NCBI GenBank assembly: GCA_027031765.1
Contig: JALVPN010000196.1
Span: 1 to 25,519, forward strand
Direction: 5' to 3'
Length of the DNA: 25,519 nucleotides
Source: Promethearchaeota archaeon
GTDB lineage: Archaea > Asgardarchaeota > Thorarchaeia > Thorarchaeales > Thorarchaeaceae
Translations under genes and position numbers: made by a program
Notes under the pieces: model-generated
Database searches by the model: none
Told to the model about the DNA's origin: nothing
What the model saw: only the letters and a program-made list of their open reading frames with translations
Shown: in pieces, positions 1-7,128 of the stretch
Numbering within the stretch: the stretch's first letter is position 1
How the letters are laid out: each line of letters begins with the position of its first letter

Positions 1-63
1 TTGATCAAAGTGATTCTGCACAACATAGAACGCCTGAACATTCTGGAGTGTGCCGGGAGGTGA
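1..63 (+). CDS. 3' fragment of a probable IS5-family DDE transposase (truncated by window edge)
   Basis: Frame 1 reads LIKVILHNIERLNILECAGR*. The K-V-I-x-H-N pattern resembles the C-terminal helix of IS5-family transposases, and the stop codon overlaps an IS903-like terminal repeat. Only 20 aa are visible. Confidence 0.5.
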   Translation: MIKVILHNIERLNILECAGR

Positions 64-79
64 CTTTTTCCACAGGGCC
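62..79 (-). mobile_element. Probable right terminal inverted repeat of an IS5-family (IS903-group-like) insertion sequence
   Basis: The reverse complement GGCCCTGTGGAAAAAGTC matches the IS903 18-bp IR as I recall it (GGCTTTGTTGAATAAATC) at 13/18 positions. It sits directly at the stop of a transposase-like ORF. The partner IR lies outside the window. Confidence 0.55.
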
Positions 80-225
80 CGAATGGTGTCCCCTGTCGCA
101 GGCCCTCACGCCCCTGCCCCTCACCACCCAACACCGGACACCCCGGGTACACAGTCTGCCATGTGCACCCCGGTCGTGTGAGGGACACACTCCCAGGCAC
201 GCGGCCACCCCATGCAAACACATAA

Positions 226-245
226 ATATATCGGACAGGATATAT
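226..245. promoter_or_regulatory. AT-rich inverted repeat overlapping a TATA-like element upstream of copB
   Basis: ATATATC-ggacag-GATATAT (7-bp arms, 6-bp spacer) overlaps CATAAATATA about 100 bp before the copB start, in otherwise GC-rich DNA. Confidence 0.3.
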
Positions 246-345
246 CCGTACCGTTAGTCGGCAGGCGTACAGTGTCGGGACATGGCCACGTGTTGCGTGG
301 CCGTGGTACGGTGCACTACCAGCCAACAAGGGCCGACCGTTCGAG

Positions 346-2400
346 ATGATACAGATGGGACACGAGAAGGGCCACGGGTCACACGAAGAGATGGGACACG
401 AGAAGGGCCACGAGAAGGGCCACGGTGCTGGTCACCATGAGATGATGGCGCGTGACTTCCGCAAGCGCTTTGTTGTATCGATGTTGCTCACGCCGCCGGT
501 AGTGCTCCTGTCGCCGCTTGTGCGGACGCTGCTGCACCTTGAGTTCATGAGCTTCTATGGGGACATGTATGTCCTGTTTGCGCTGTCGACGGTGGTCTAC
601 CTGTATGGTGGATATCCATTCCTCACCGGTCTTGTGGATGAGGTCAGGAAGCGGCAGCTGGGCATGATGACGCTGATTGCGGTGGCGATATCTGTCGCGT
701 ATCTGTACAGTGCGGCTGTGGTCTTTGGACTTGAGGGGACCATGTTCTTCTGGGAGCTGGTCACGCTGATTGACATCATGCTCCTCGGCCACTGGATTGA
801 GATGCGGTCGGTTATGGGGGCGTCCCGTGCCCTTGAGGAGTTGGTCAAGCTGATGCCTACGACGGCGCACCTGGTCAGGGATGGCGGTGAGGTCGTAGAG
901 GTTGACGTGACGGAGTTGGAACGGGGCGACCGGGTGCTGGTGAAGCCTGGTGAGCGTGTGCCGTCAGACGGTGTGGTGGTGAAGGGCCGCACGAGCATGA
1001 ACGAGTCAATGATCACTGGTGAGTCTCGGCCTGTGGAGAAGTCCCCGGGTGACGAGGTCATCGGTGGTGCAATCAACGGAGATGGCAGCATTGAGGTCGA
1101 GATACGCAAGGTGGGTAGCGAGACCTATCTTGCGCAGGTCATCGACCTTGTCCGGGAGGCGCAGGAGAGCCGTTCACGCACCCAGGACATTGCGAACCGT
1201 GCTGCCTTCGTGCTGACTGTGATTGCCCTCGTAGTGGGGTCGGTCACACTGTCCGGATGGCTTGCACTGGGCCAGCCCCTTGAGTTCGGCATCGAGCGTG
1301 CGGTCACGGTCATGGTGATCACCTGTCCCCATGCACTTGGCCTCGCAGTGCCCCTGGTCGTGTCCATGTCCACCACGATTTCCGCGAAGAACGGCCTCTT
1401 GGTACGTGACCGGACTGCCTTTGAGCGGGCGCGGGAGCTACAGGCCATTGTCTTCGACAAGACTGGCACGCTCACAGAGGGGCAGTTCTCTGTGATGGAG
1501 GTCGTCCCGCTGTCCTCAATCGACAGTGAGGAACTGCTCACCATTGCGGCGTCTCTAGAGTCCCAGTCGGAACACCCTATTGCACAGGGGGTCGTGCGCG
1601 GTGCCAAGGAGCGTGGTCTGGAACTCCGGCCTGTTTCCGACTTCAGGGCGATACCCGGACGAGGTGCGGTCGGCAGGGTCGGTGGCAGGGAGGTCGCAGT
1701 GGTGAGTCCGGGCTACCTGCGTGAGAAGGGAGTCCTCCCTGAAGACGACCGGACTGCAGCCCTTGTCGAAAAGGGGCACACGGTTGTCTACGTGCTGGTT
1801 GACGACAGCCCCGTAGGGGCCCTTGCACTGGCCGATGTGATACGTCCTGAGTCGCGAGAGGCAATCGCCAAACTCAGGAGCATGGGCGTGCGGACCATGA
1901 TGCTGACTGGGGACAACAGGTACGTGGCCAAATGGGTCGCCGACGAGCTGGGCCTCGACGAGTACTTTGCAGAGGTGCTCCCGCACGAGAAGTCCGAGAA
2001 AATCCGTGAGATCCAGTCGCGTGGCCTGACGGTTGCGATGGTCGGCGATGGTGTGAACGATGCCCCCGCCCTTGCCCAGGCGGACATCGGCATAGCGATT
2101 GGTGCCGGCACGGACGTTGCCGTGGAGACCGCAGACATAGTCCTCGTGCGCGACGACCCCAGAGATGCCGTTGCGATTCTCGGCCTTGCGCGTGCCACGT
2201 ACCGTAAGATGGTCCAGAACCTTGTCTGGGCGACCGGGTACAATGCTGCTGCAATCCCACTGGCTGCTGGTGTGCTGTACTCAGCAGGAATACTCCTGAG
2301 CCCCGCCATCGGTGCCGTACTGATGTCGCTGAGCACGGTGATCGTGGCCATCAACGCACGTCTGCTGAGAGTCGAGAAAGAGGGCGCCACAGCAGCATGA
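346..2400 (+). CDS. copB: Copper-exporting P1B-type ATPase, CopB/P1B-3 subfamily
   Basis: 684 aa with a His-rich N-terminus, TGES actuator motif, transmembrane CPH motif (VITCPHALGLA), DKTGT phosphorylation site, SEHP, TGD, GDGVNDAP, and YN and MSLS in the last TM helices. Confidence 0.95.
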   Translation: MIQMGHEKGHGSHEEMGHEKGHEKGHGAGHHEMMARDFRKRFVVSMLLTPPVVLLSPLVRTLLHLEFMSFYGDMYVLFALSTVVYLYGGYPFLTGLVDEVRKRQLGMMTLIAVAISVAYLYSAAVVFGLEGTMFFWELVTLIDIMLLGHWIEMRSVMGASRALEELVKLMPTTAHLVRDGGEVVEVDVTELERGDRVLVKPGERVPSDGVVVKGRTSMNESMITGESRPVEKSPGDEVIGGAINGDGSIEVEIRKVGSETYLAQVIDLVREAQESRSRTQDIANRAAFVLTVIALVVGSVTLSGWLALGQPLEFGIERAVTVMVITCPHALGLAVPLVVSMSTTISAKNGLLVRDRTAFERARELQAIVFDKTGTLTEGQFSVMEVVPLSSIDSEELLTIAASLESQSEHPIAQGVVRGAKERGLELRPVSDFRAIPGRGAVGRVGGREVAVVSPGYLREKGVLPEDDRTAALVEKGHTVVYVLVDDSPVGALALADVIRPESREAIAKLRSMGVRTMMLTGDNRYVAKWVADELGLDEYFAEVLPHEKSEKIREIQSRGLTVAMVGDGVNDAPALAQADIGIAIGAGTDVAVETADIVLVRDDPRDAVAILGLARATYRKMVQNLVWATGYNAAAIPLAAGVLYSAGILLSPAIGAVLMSLSTVIVAINARLLRVEKEGATAA
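355..425 (+). repeat. Short intragenic tandem duplication encoding the His-rich MGHEKGH repeats of CopB
   Basis: ATGGGACACGAGAAGGGCCACG occurs at 355 and 391, with a further CACGAGAAGGGC unit directly after the second copy. Confidence 0.8.
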
Positions 2401-2659
2401 CCGGTGTCACACCATTACGTCCTTCCCACACCGCGCCTATCCCACCGGTGCCCACTCATCAGCAGACAGACAGTGGCTGGTGTGGCCTGCGTGTGGTGCC
2501 GGCCTGCATGTCAGTGTCACCGTTGACTGGGCAGCCATTGCACGCTGCCAGTCCGGTGTGTGTCTGGGCGCGTTGGACGGCCTGTGCTGTTGCTGCGTGG
2601 TGCGAAGATACATATACCATGGATGTTTCCAGTGGGAGATAGGCGCCGAGGTGAGAAGC

Positions 2660-3085
2660 TTGGCAGGACTGACGAAAGGCATGATTGCAGACGTCCACAG
2701 GAAGAGGGAGGTCCCCATTCCCGACGCGTTCTTTGAGAACCCCGTGGCCCGTGAGATGAAGGCCGCAATGGTCATCTACTTCGAGCGCTCGGGAGAGATC
2801 CGCATCATCCCGATGATGAAGGAGGGTGGGGCTCGTGTCAGGCTGGAGGTGGAAAAGGTCAACCCTGCACTCATGAAGACGATGACACAACTCTTCAAGA
2901 GCCAAGACTTGAAGGTGCTCTTCACTACCGGCTTCTGCTTCGAGGAGAAGCGCTGCATCTACGAGGTCTATTTCGAGACGGACAACATCCGCGACAAGGA
3001 GCGCGAGATCCGCAGGACTGTCGAGAACATTCCCGGCCTGTACGAGTGCGAGTTCGAGATACTCGAAATGGGTGTCGAGTGGTAG
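2660..3085 (+). CDS. Putative regulator: AbrB/SpoVT-like N-terminus plus C-terminal ACT-like domain (141 aa)
   Basis: TTG start follows GAGGTGA; the listed longer ORF has a Cys-rich junk extension. ADVHRKREVPIPDAFF...MVIYFERSGEIRIIP fits a swapped-hairpin pattern, and the C-terminal half alternates strands and helices as in ACT domains. The CDS is well supported by codon usage; the fold call is tentative. Confidence 0.6.
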   Translation: MAGLTKGMIADVHRKREVPIPDAFFENPVAREMKAAMVIYFERSGEIRIIPMMKEGGARVRLEVEKVNPALMKTMTQLFKSQDLKVLFTTGFCFEEKRCIYEVYFETDNIRDKEREIRRTVENIPGLYECEFEILEMGVEW

Positions 3086-3150
3086 TCCCGGTCTGGGGGT
3101 CACAGTCCCTACGTGCTGTTTGCCCGTGATTTGCGTCGCCCCATGAGTGA

Positions 3151-3227
3151 CAGTCGGTCAGTGCGTGTGTGCGCCCCCGGCCGGGAGTCCAGTCGGTCAG
3201 CCAGTCGGTCAGTGCGTGTGTGCGCCC
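3151..3227 (+). repeat. Intergenic 26-bp perfect direct repeat pair plus an 11-bp partial copy
   Basis: CAGTCGGTCAGTGCGTGTGTGCGCCC occurs at 3151-3176 and 3202-3227, with CAGTCGGTCAG at 3190-3200, between two convergent genes. Confidence 0.85.
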
Positions 3228-3280
3228 GTCTGCAACTCTCAGCTGCAACGTCCACTGAATGACAGGGTGCTGGCTATCTG

Positions 3281-3829
3281 CTACTGCTGCTCGATAATGC
3301 GCAGCGCCACGTTCTCCTTGACATTTGTGTCCACGAGCTCCAGCTTCAGTCCGAGCAGGGCCTCAAGGTATCCTTGGAGGAAGTGTGGGGGATAGAATGG
3401 GCTCCCTATGACTATCAGGCCATTATGGAGCTTCATTGCGCCCCATCCCTGGCCCTGTAGCATCTGGAGTGCCAGGGCCCGCCCCTCAGGTGTATGTACG
3501 TCCTTGCTATGGAACAGCCGGATTGCATCAGCCACCGGTGACTGTGTCCCCGCCGTCTGGCCGAGCTCGTACTGGTCTCTGGGTGTCAGCCCTGCGAAGA
3601 ACAGTGATGTCAGGCTCTCAGGTTCAAAGGCGACCCGGAACTCGTTCACGTATATCCCCCTCTCATTCCACTTGTGCACCGTGAACTCGAGGAACCACCT
3701 GACCGCGTCCTCAATTATCTGTGCCCGCGACCTGCCGACCCGGTCCCTCACGAGCTCGTCAATTCTCGCCACCAGTGACTGGCTCATTGTCACACTGATA
3801 ATCTTCTTCCTGTCCTGCTCCTCCGCCAA
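3281..3829 (-). CDS. Ribbon-helix-helix (CopG/NikR-like) transcription regulator fused to a V4R-like domain
   Basis: TTG start after GGAGG. The N-terminal IISVTMSQSLVARIDELV...SRAQIIEDAVRWFL is a typical RHH. The C-terminus has YELGQTAG, GWG and FLQGYLEALLG motifs typical of V4R/Bet3-like folds. Confidence 0.75.
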   Translation of the reverse strand: MAEEQDRKKIISVTMSQSLVARIDELVRDRVGRSRAQIIEDAVRWFLEFTVHKWNERGIYVNEFRVAFEPESLTSLFFAGLTPRDQYELGQTAGTQSPVADAIRLFHSKDVHTPEGRALALQMLQGQGWGAMKLHNGLIVIGSPFYPPHFLQGYLEALLGLKLELVDTNVKENVALRIIEQQ

Positions 3830-4082
3830 GAGCGATTCCTCCGTAGGCTGGGTGGTCGACCATTAGTGGGTATTGAATTATAGGCGCCCGTACTAGTCCT
3901 GACATAGCCCATATTTGAATCCATAGGTGGCACGTGGTGGTCCCCGCGATGCAGGACGGCCGGACTGGGGCATTCCTGTGCCGTCGTGTGCTGCATGACG
4001 GGGCATGAGTTGTGTGGTGCGGCAGGTACTGTTACATGGCCCCAACACATTGCTGGCCCCAACACAGGACCACAGGAATGGC

Positions 4083-4094
4083 AAACCTTTAAGG
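4083..4094 (+). promoter_or_regulatory. Candidate archaeal BRE-TATA promoter
   Basis: AAACCTTTAAGG lies about 90 bp upstream of the ATG at 4182. Confidence 0.4.
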
Positions 4095-4181
4095 CGTGTC
4101 CACGCTCAATGTCTGTAGGTTGGATGTCCCCCGGCCTCAGCGCCGGCGGCCAGTCGGCCGACGCTGGTGATGTGTATTAGC

Positions 4182-4457
4182 ATGGCGTTCGCTGAACTGT
4201 GGCTTGAGATGCGTGAGAGGGACAACGCCTTTCGGGTTGCCCTCCTGGTGCCGGTGGGTTTCGCGCTCCCGGACGGCTACTCACTCGTTGAAGTCCAGCC
4301 CGACCTTCCGAAGGAGCTCTATGTGTCCCGCTGGTATCCCAGCATCTCAGAGGCCATCCAGGCCATGCGACACGCAGCCCGCTTCTGGAGCAACCGTTCC
4401 CTCCAGTTCTTGTTCTTCCGCGAGATCCGCCCCATGACTGCGGTGACGGATACGTGA
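4182..4457 (+). CDS. Hypothetical protein (91 aa)
   Basis: ATG follows GGTGATG, composition is globular-looking with GC3 bias, and no family was recognised. Confidence 0.7.
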   Translation: MAFAELWLEMRERDNAFRVALLVPVGFALPDGYSLVEVQPDLPKELYVSRWYPSISEAIQAMRHAARFWSNRSLQFLFFREIRPMTAVTDT

Positions 4458-4580
4458 CCTCAGTGTGTGCTCACTCGGCACGCGTGACAACCACGCAGCA
4501 CCCGACTGGGAGGGAGTGGGCCTGCACGAGCAATACCAACTGTCTGTACTTGTCTGTACGACGGGTCCTGGCGAGGGTGG

Positions 4581-4604
4581 CCCGGTACCCGCCGGGATAC
4601 CGGG
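4581..4604. terminator. GC-rich hairpin between convergent genes (possible terminator or processing element)
   Basis: CCCGGTA-CCC-gcc-GGG-a-TACCGGG. There is no clear U-tract, so the function is uncertain. Confidence 0.25.
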
Positions 4605-4673
4605 ACCCCTGCACTACTCTTGGGTGTGTTGATGCGCTGTGCCACCCGTTCCACATTGGTGACGTGGAACAGT

Positions 4674-5417
4674 CTATGATGTGTAGTTGCCTGGCAGTGT
4701 GAAGTTCCAGTTCGGCTGGTATGGCGTCCAGTTGAGTGGGAGGCCAAGGAACCCTGGCAGGACGGCGACGACAATTCCCACGACCACGCAGGCCACGCCT
4801 ATGAGGACGCTGATCGGAGTCCATGCGAAGAACTTGCCTATGAGCTCGAACAGCTTCATGATGAGGCCGCTGATGACGTACACGAACACGAAGATGATTG
4901 CCCCGATGATCAGCAGGCCCTTGAGCGAGGTCAGGAAGAGTAGTGCGTCGTAGGCCATGTCAGCGCCTGGCAGTGGTGGGTTGCTCCAGTTGTCCACGAT
5001 GGGCTCGAGGACGCCGTAGATTGTGAAGACTGCAAAGGCTGCCACTGCAAGTGAGAGCAGGAGGGCCAGTGGGAACTTCGTCAGGACTCTCATGACCAGC
5101 GAGAACCCTGCCAGGATGAGGAGTCCTGCTGCCACCCATGCAAACGTGGCCGAGGTCGCAGTCGCCACGTACTTCACGTAGACGACGTAGCCCACGAGCA
5201 TGTCCAACAGGCCCACAAAGAACCCGAAGTAGGTCGCAAAGTGGATGCTCCACTTCATCGGGTCACCAAGGATGGGTATCGGGTCCACCAGCCGCTCGAA
5301 GAGCCACGCTGCAGCTACGATGCCGGTCAGGATCATGACCACACCAATGACCACAGGACTCGTGAAGTAGTCCATAATCATGTTCAGGTTAAAGTCGAGG
5401 ACCGTCTGCATATCCAA
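4674..5417 (-). CDS. Polytopic membrane protein of unknown function
   Basis: 247 aa with about 6-7 hydrophobic segments. Start is TTG at 5417 after AGAGG, or ATG at 5411. Confidence 0.8.
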   Translation of the reverse strand: MDMQTVLDFNLNMIMDYFTSPVVIGVVMILTGIVAAAWLFERLVDPIPILGDPMKWSIHFATYFGFFVGLLDMLVGYVVYVKYVATATSATFAWVAAGLLILAGFSLVMRVLTKFPLALLLSLAVAAFAVFTIYGVLEPIVDNWSNPPLPGADMAYDALLFLTSLKGLLIIGAIIFVFVYVISGLIMKLFELIGKFFAWTPISVLIGVACVVVGIVVAVLPGFLGLPLNWTPYQPNWNFTLPGNYTS

Positions 5418-5460
5418 CGCCTCTTTTCATTAGCTTACTGTCCAGTCTGGTGTCCCGACC

Positions 5461-5467
5461 TATAAAT
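5461..5467 (-). promoter_or_regulatory. TATA-like box for the 247-aa membrane protein gene
   Basis: ATTTATA on the minus strand about 45 bp upstream of the start. Confidence 0.35.
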
Positions 5468-5545
5468 CATTACACGATGTGCCTGCCATGACGTGACAAC
5501 ACCGACTTGGGCCCCGTGGCATGTCCGGTGCTCCTGCGGGGCCAT

Positions 5546-7075
5546 TCAGTAAAGGCGTATTCCCAGTGCGCTCGAAGCAATGACGAAGGCAGTCCAGAAG
5601 AGCAGTGCGCAGGAGACCGCCACGAGTCCGGAGCGGGTGGAGCCGACCATCCTTGCGTTCTGGAACCCGTTCACTGCAACGGTGACCAGCAACGTGACGA
5701 ACAGGGGGAACAGGTCGGCGAGGCCTACGGTGGTCGGTGTCCATGTGGGCCCTGCCGCGAGCATTGACCCGATGTCGAGGAACGGGGCCAGTGATGCCAT
5801 CATCCCAAGCACGGCAGCGCTCGTCAGGGTGAGGACATGTACCTTGAGCCGCTGCGCAGAGATGATAGTGTCCCGCTCTCTCGCGAGGGCTGAGCGCTTT
5901 ATCAGACGTGTTGCAATCCGGACTATACTGTCACCAGCATCCATGGCCGACTCCTCGACCAGGGACTCCAGTAGCCGTAGCAAGTGTGCCACCCGTCGGC
6001 CGAGGGCCCTGTCTGCTGCAGTCTCGATGGCCTCGTGGAGGCTCAGCCCGTCCACATGGACTGCCTTGATTGCGGGGTCTATGAGCCTCCTGACCTCTGG
6101 TGCTACCATGTCGCGGACTTCGAGCAGTGCCACTTCGAGCACGTCGCCCAGGCGGAGCCGCTCACCAACGAGCATCAGGAAGTTGAGGAACTCGTCGTAC
6201 TCGGCCATGAGGTCGCGCTGGGTCGGTGGCACGATGCCGGTGTCGCGTGGCAGGTCGAAGTACGTCGTGAAGGCCCTTGAGAACCGCGTCCTCAGCAGGT
6301 GGCCCATTACTAGGAAGAATGGCAGGGCGGCGACGACGAAAGGACTTGATGCCAGTCCTTGGAGTGCCAGTGCAAGCACCAGCATCAGTGGTGTGTAGGT
6401 GTTGAGGGCGGCGACCACCATGAGCCGGCTCTCAAGTTCGAGGTTCTTCTGTCGCAGTGTCATGTCAGCCTCGAAGGACTCGCCGGCAAGCAGTTGCAGC
6501 AGGTCTGTGTCGCGTTCAAGGGCTGCCAGGACTGCGGTCAGGTAGCGTCTCATGTCCCGGGACGGCTGTGCCAGCGCGAACTCGCGGATGCAGGTCTCTG
6601 GGGGCGTCCCGTCCGCAATATCTGCGAGCATCTTCTGGAAGGCCTGCGAGACCACTGGGTAGCCGGAGGAGGCCACGAGCTCGATGGCATCAAAGATGGT
6701 ACCCCCGGCCTTGAACACGAGGACGAACTGTTCAAAGACGATGTCTGACACGTCGGAGAGCTGCACCCGGTAGCTGTTCATCACGGACACCGGGTATGCC
6801 AGCACCGCATAGTAGGCGAACAGGCCCGCCACGGCTGCAACAGGCACCGCAATGAGCACGTTCAGGCCCAGGAGGAACATCAGGGGCAGCGCCACAAGCA
6901 CTGGGATGACGAGCGACATCAGATATGCAGCACCGTATACCCCTTCGGGGTCGACCTCCATCATCGGTCGGAGGAACCGCGTCGCCCTCTCAAGGTCATG
7001 GTTCTCCCGTGACGCCACCAGGCGTTCCATCAGCGGCACACGCCGACCGGCGCGGCAGAGCTGTTCGTAGATCAA
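5546..7075 (-). CDS. Type II secretion system F (TadC/ArlJ-like) pilus platform protein with two T2SSF domains
   Basis: 509 aa. Two cytoplasmic T2SSF-like segments (VFKAGGTIFDAIELVA...FQKMLADIADGTPPE and LRLGDVLEVALLEV...DGLSLHEAIE) are each followed by TM helices. A TTTAAG TATA-like box lies about 35 bp upstream. Confidence 0.8.
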   Translation of the reverse strand: MIYEQLCRAGRRVPLMERLVASRENHDLERATRFLRPMMEVDPEGVYGAAYLMSLVIPVLVALPLMFLLGLNVLIAVPVAAVAGLFAYYAVLAYPVSVMNSYRVQLSDVSDIVFEQFVLVFKAGGTIFDAIELVASSGYPVVSQAFQKMLADIADGTPPETCIREFALAQPSRDMRRYLTAVLAALERDTDLLQLLAGESFEADMTLRQKNLELESRLMVVAALNTYTPLMLVLALALQGLASSPFVVAALPFFLVMGHLLRTRFSRAFTTYFDLPRDTGIVPPTQRDLMAEYDEFLNFLMLVGERLRLGDVLEVALLEVRDMVAPEVRRLIDPAIKAVHVDGLSLHEAIETAADRALGRRVAHLLRLLESLVEESAMDAGDSIVRIATRLIKRSALARERDTIISAQRLKVHVLTLTSAAVLGMMASLAPFLDIGSMLAAGPTWTPTTVGLADLFPLFVTLLVTVAVNGFQNARMVGSTRSGLVAVSCALLFWTAFVIASSALGIRLY

Positions 7076-7128
7076 TACGGTGTCCTCAGGGCCACAGTCG
7101 TCCTCGGTCCTCTTAAATGGCCCGCCAT

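Noticed and set aside
284-302. GGCCACG-tgttg-CGTGGCC hairpin before copB
   Set aside because: A 7-bp GC-rich stem is expected by chance at this GC content, and no supporting feature was found.
2397-2659. ORF 2397..2642 and the Cys-rich N-terminal extension of ORF 2480..3085
   Set aside because: Low-complexity GT-rich intergenic sequence with non-protein-like composition. A better RBS and start lie at 2660.
3151-3227. Repeat-spacer-repeat as a mini CRISPR array
   Set aside because: There are only two full copies, the spacer contains a partial repeat, the repeat has no dyad or typical CRISPR end, and no cas genes or AT-rich leader are present.
4037-4066. 13-bp direct repeat TGGCCCCAACACA x2
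   Set aside because: Real but short, with no positional link to a promoter element that I can support.
5580-6398. 272-aa plus-strand ORF
   Set aside because: Antisense shadow of the T2SSF gene, with the Ser/Arg/Ala-rich composition typical of GC-rich off-frames.
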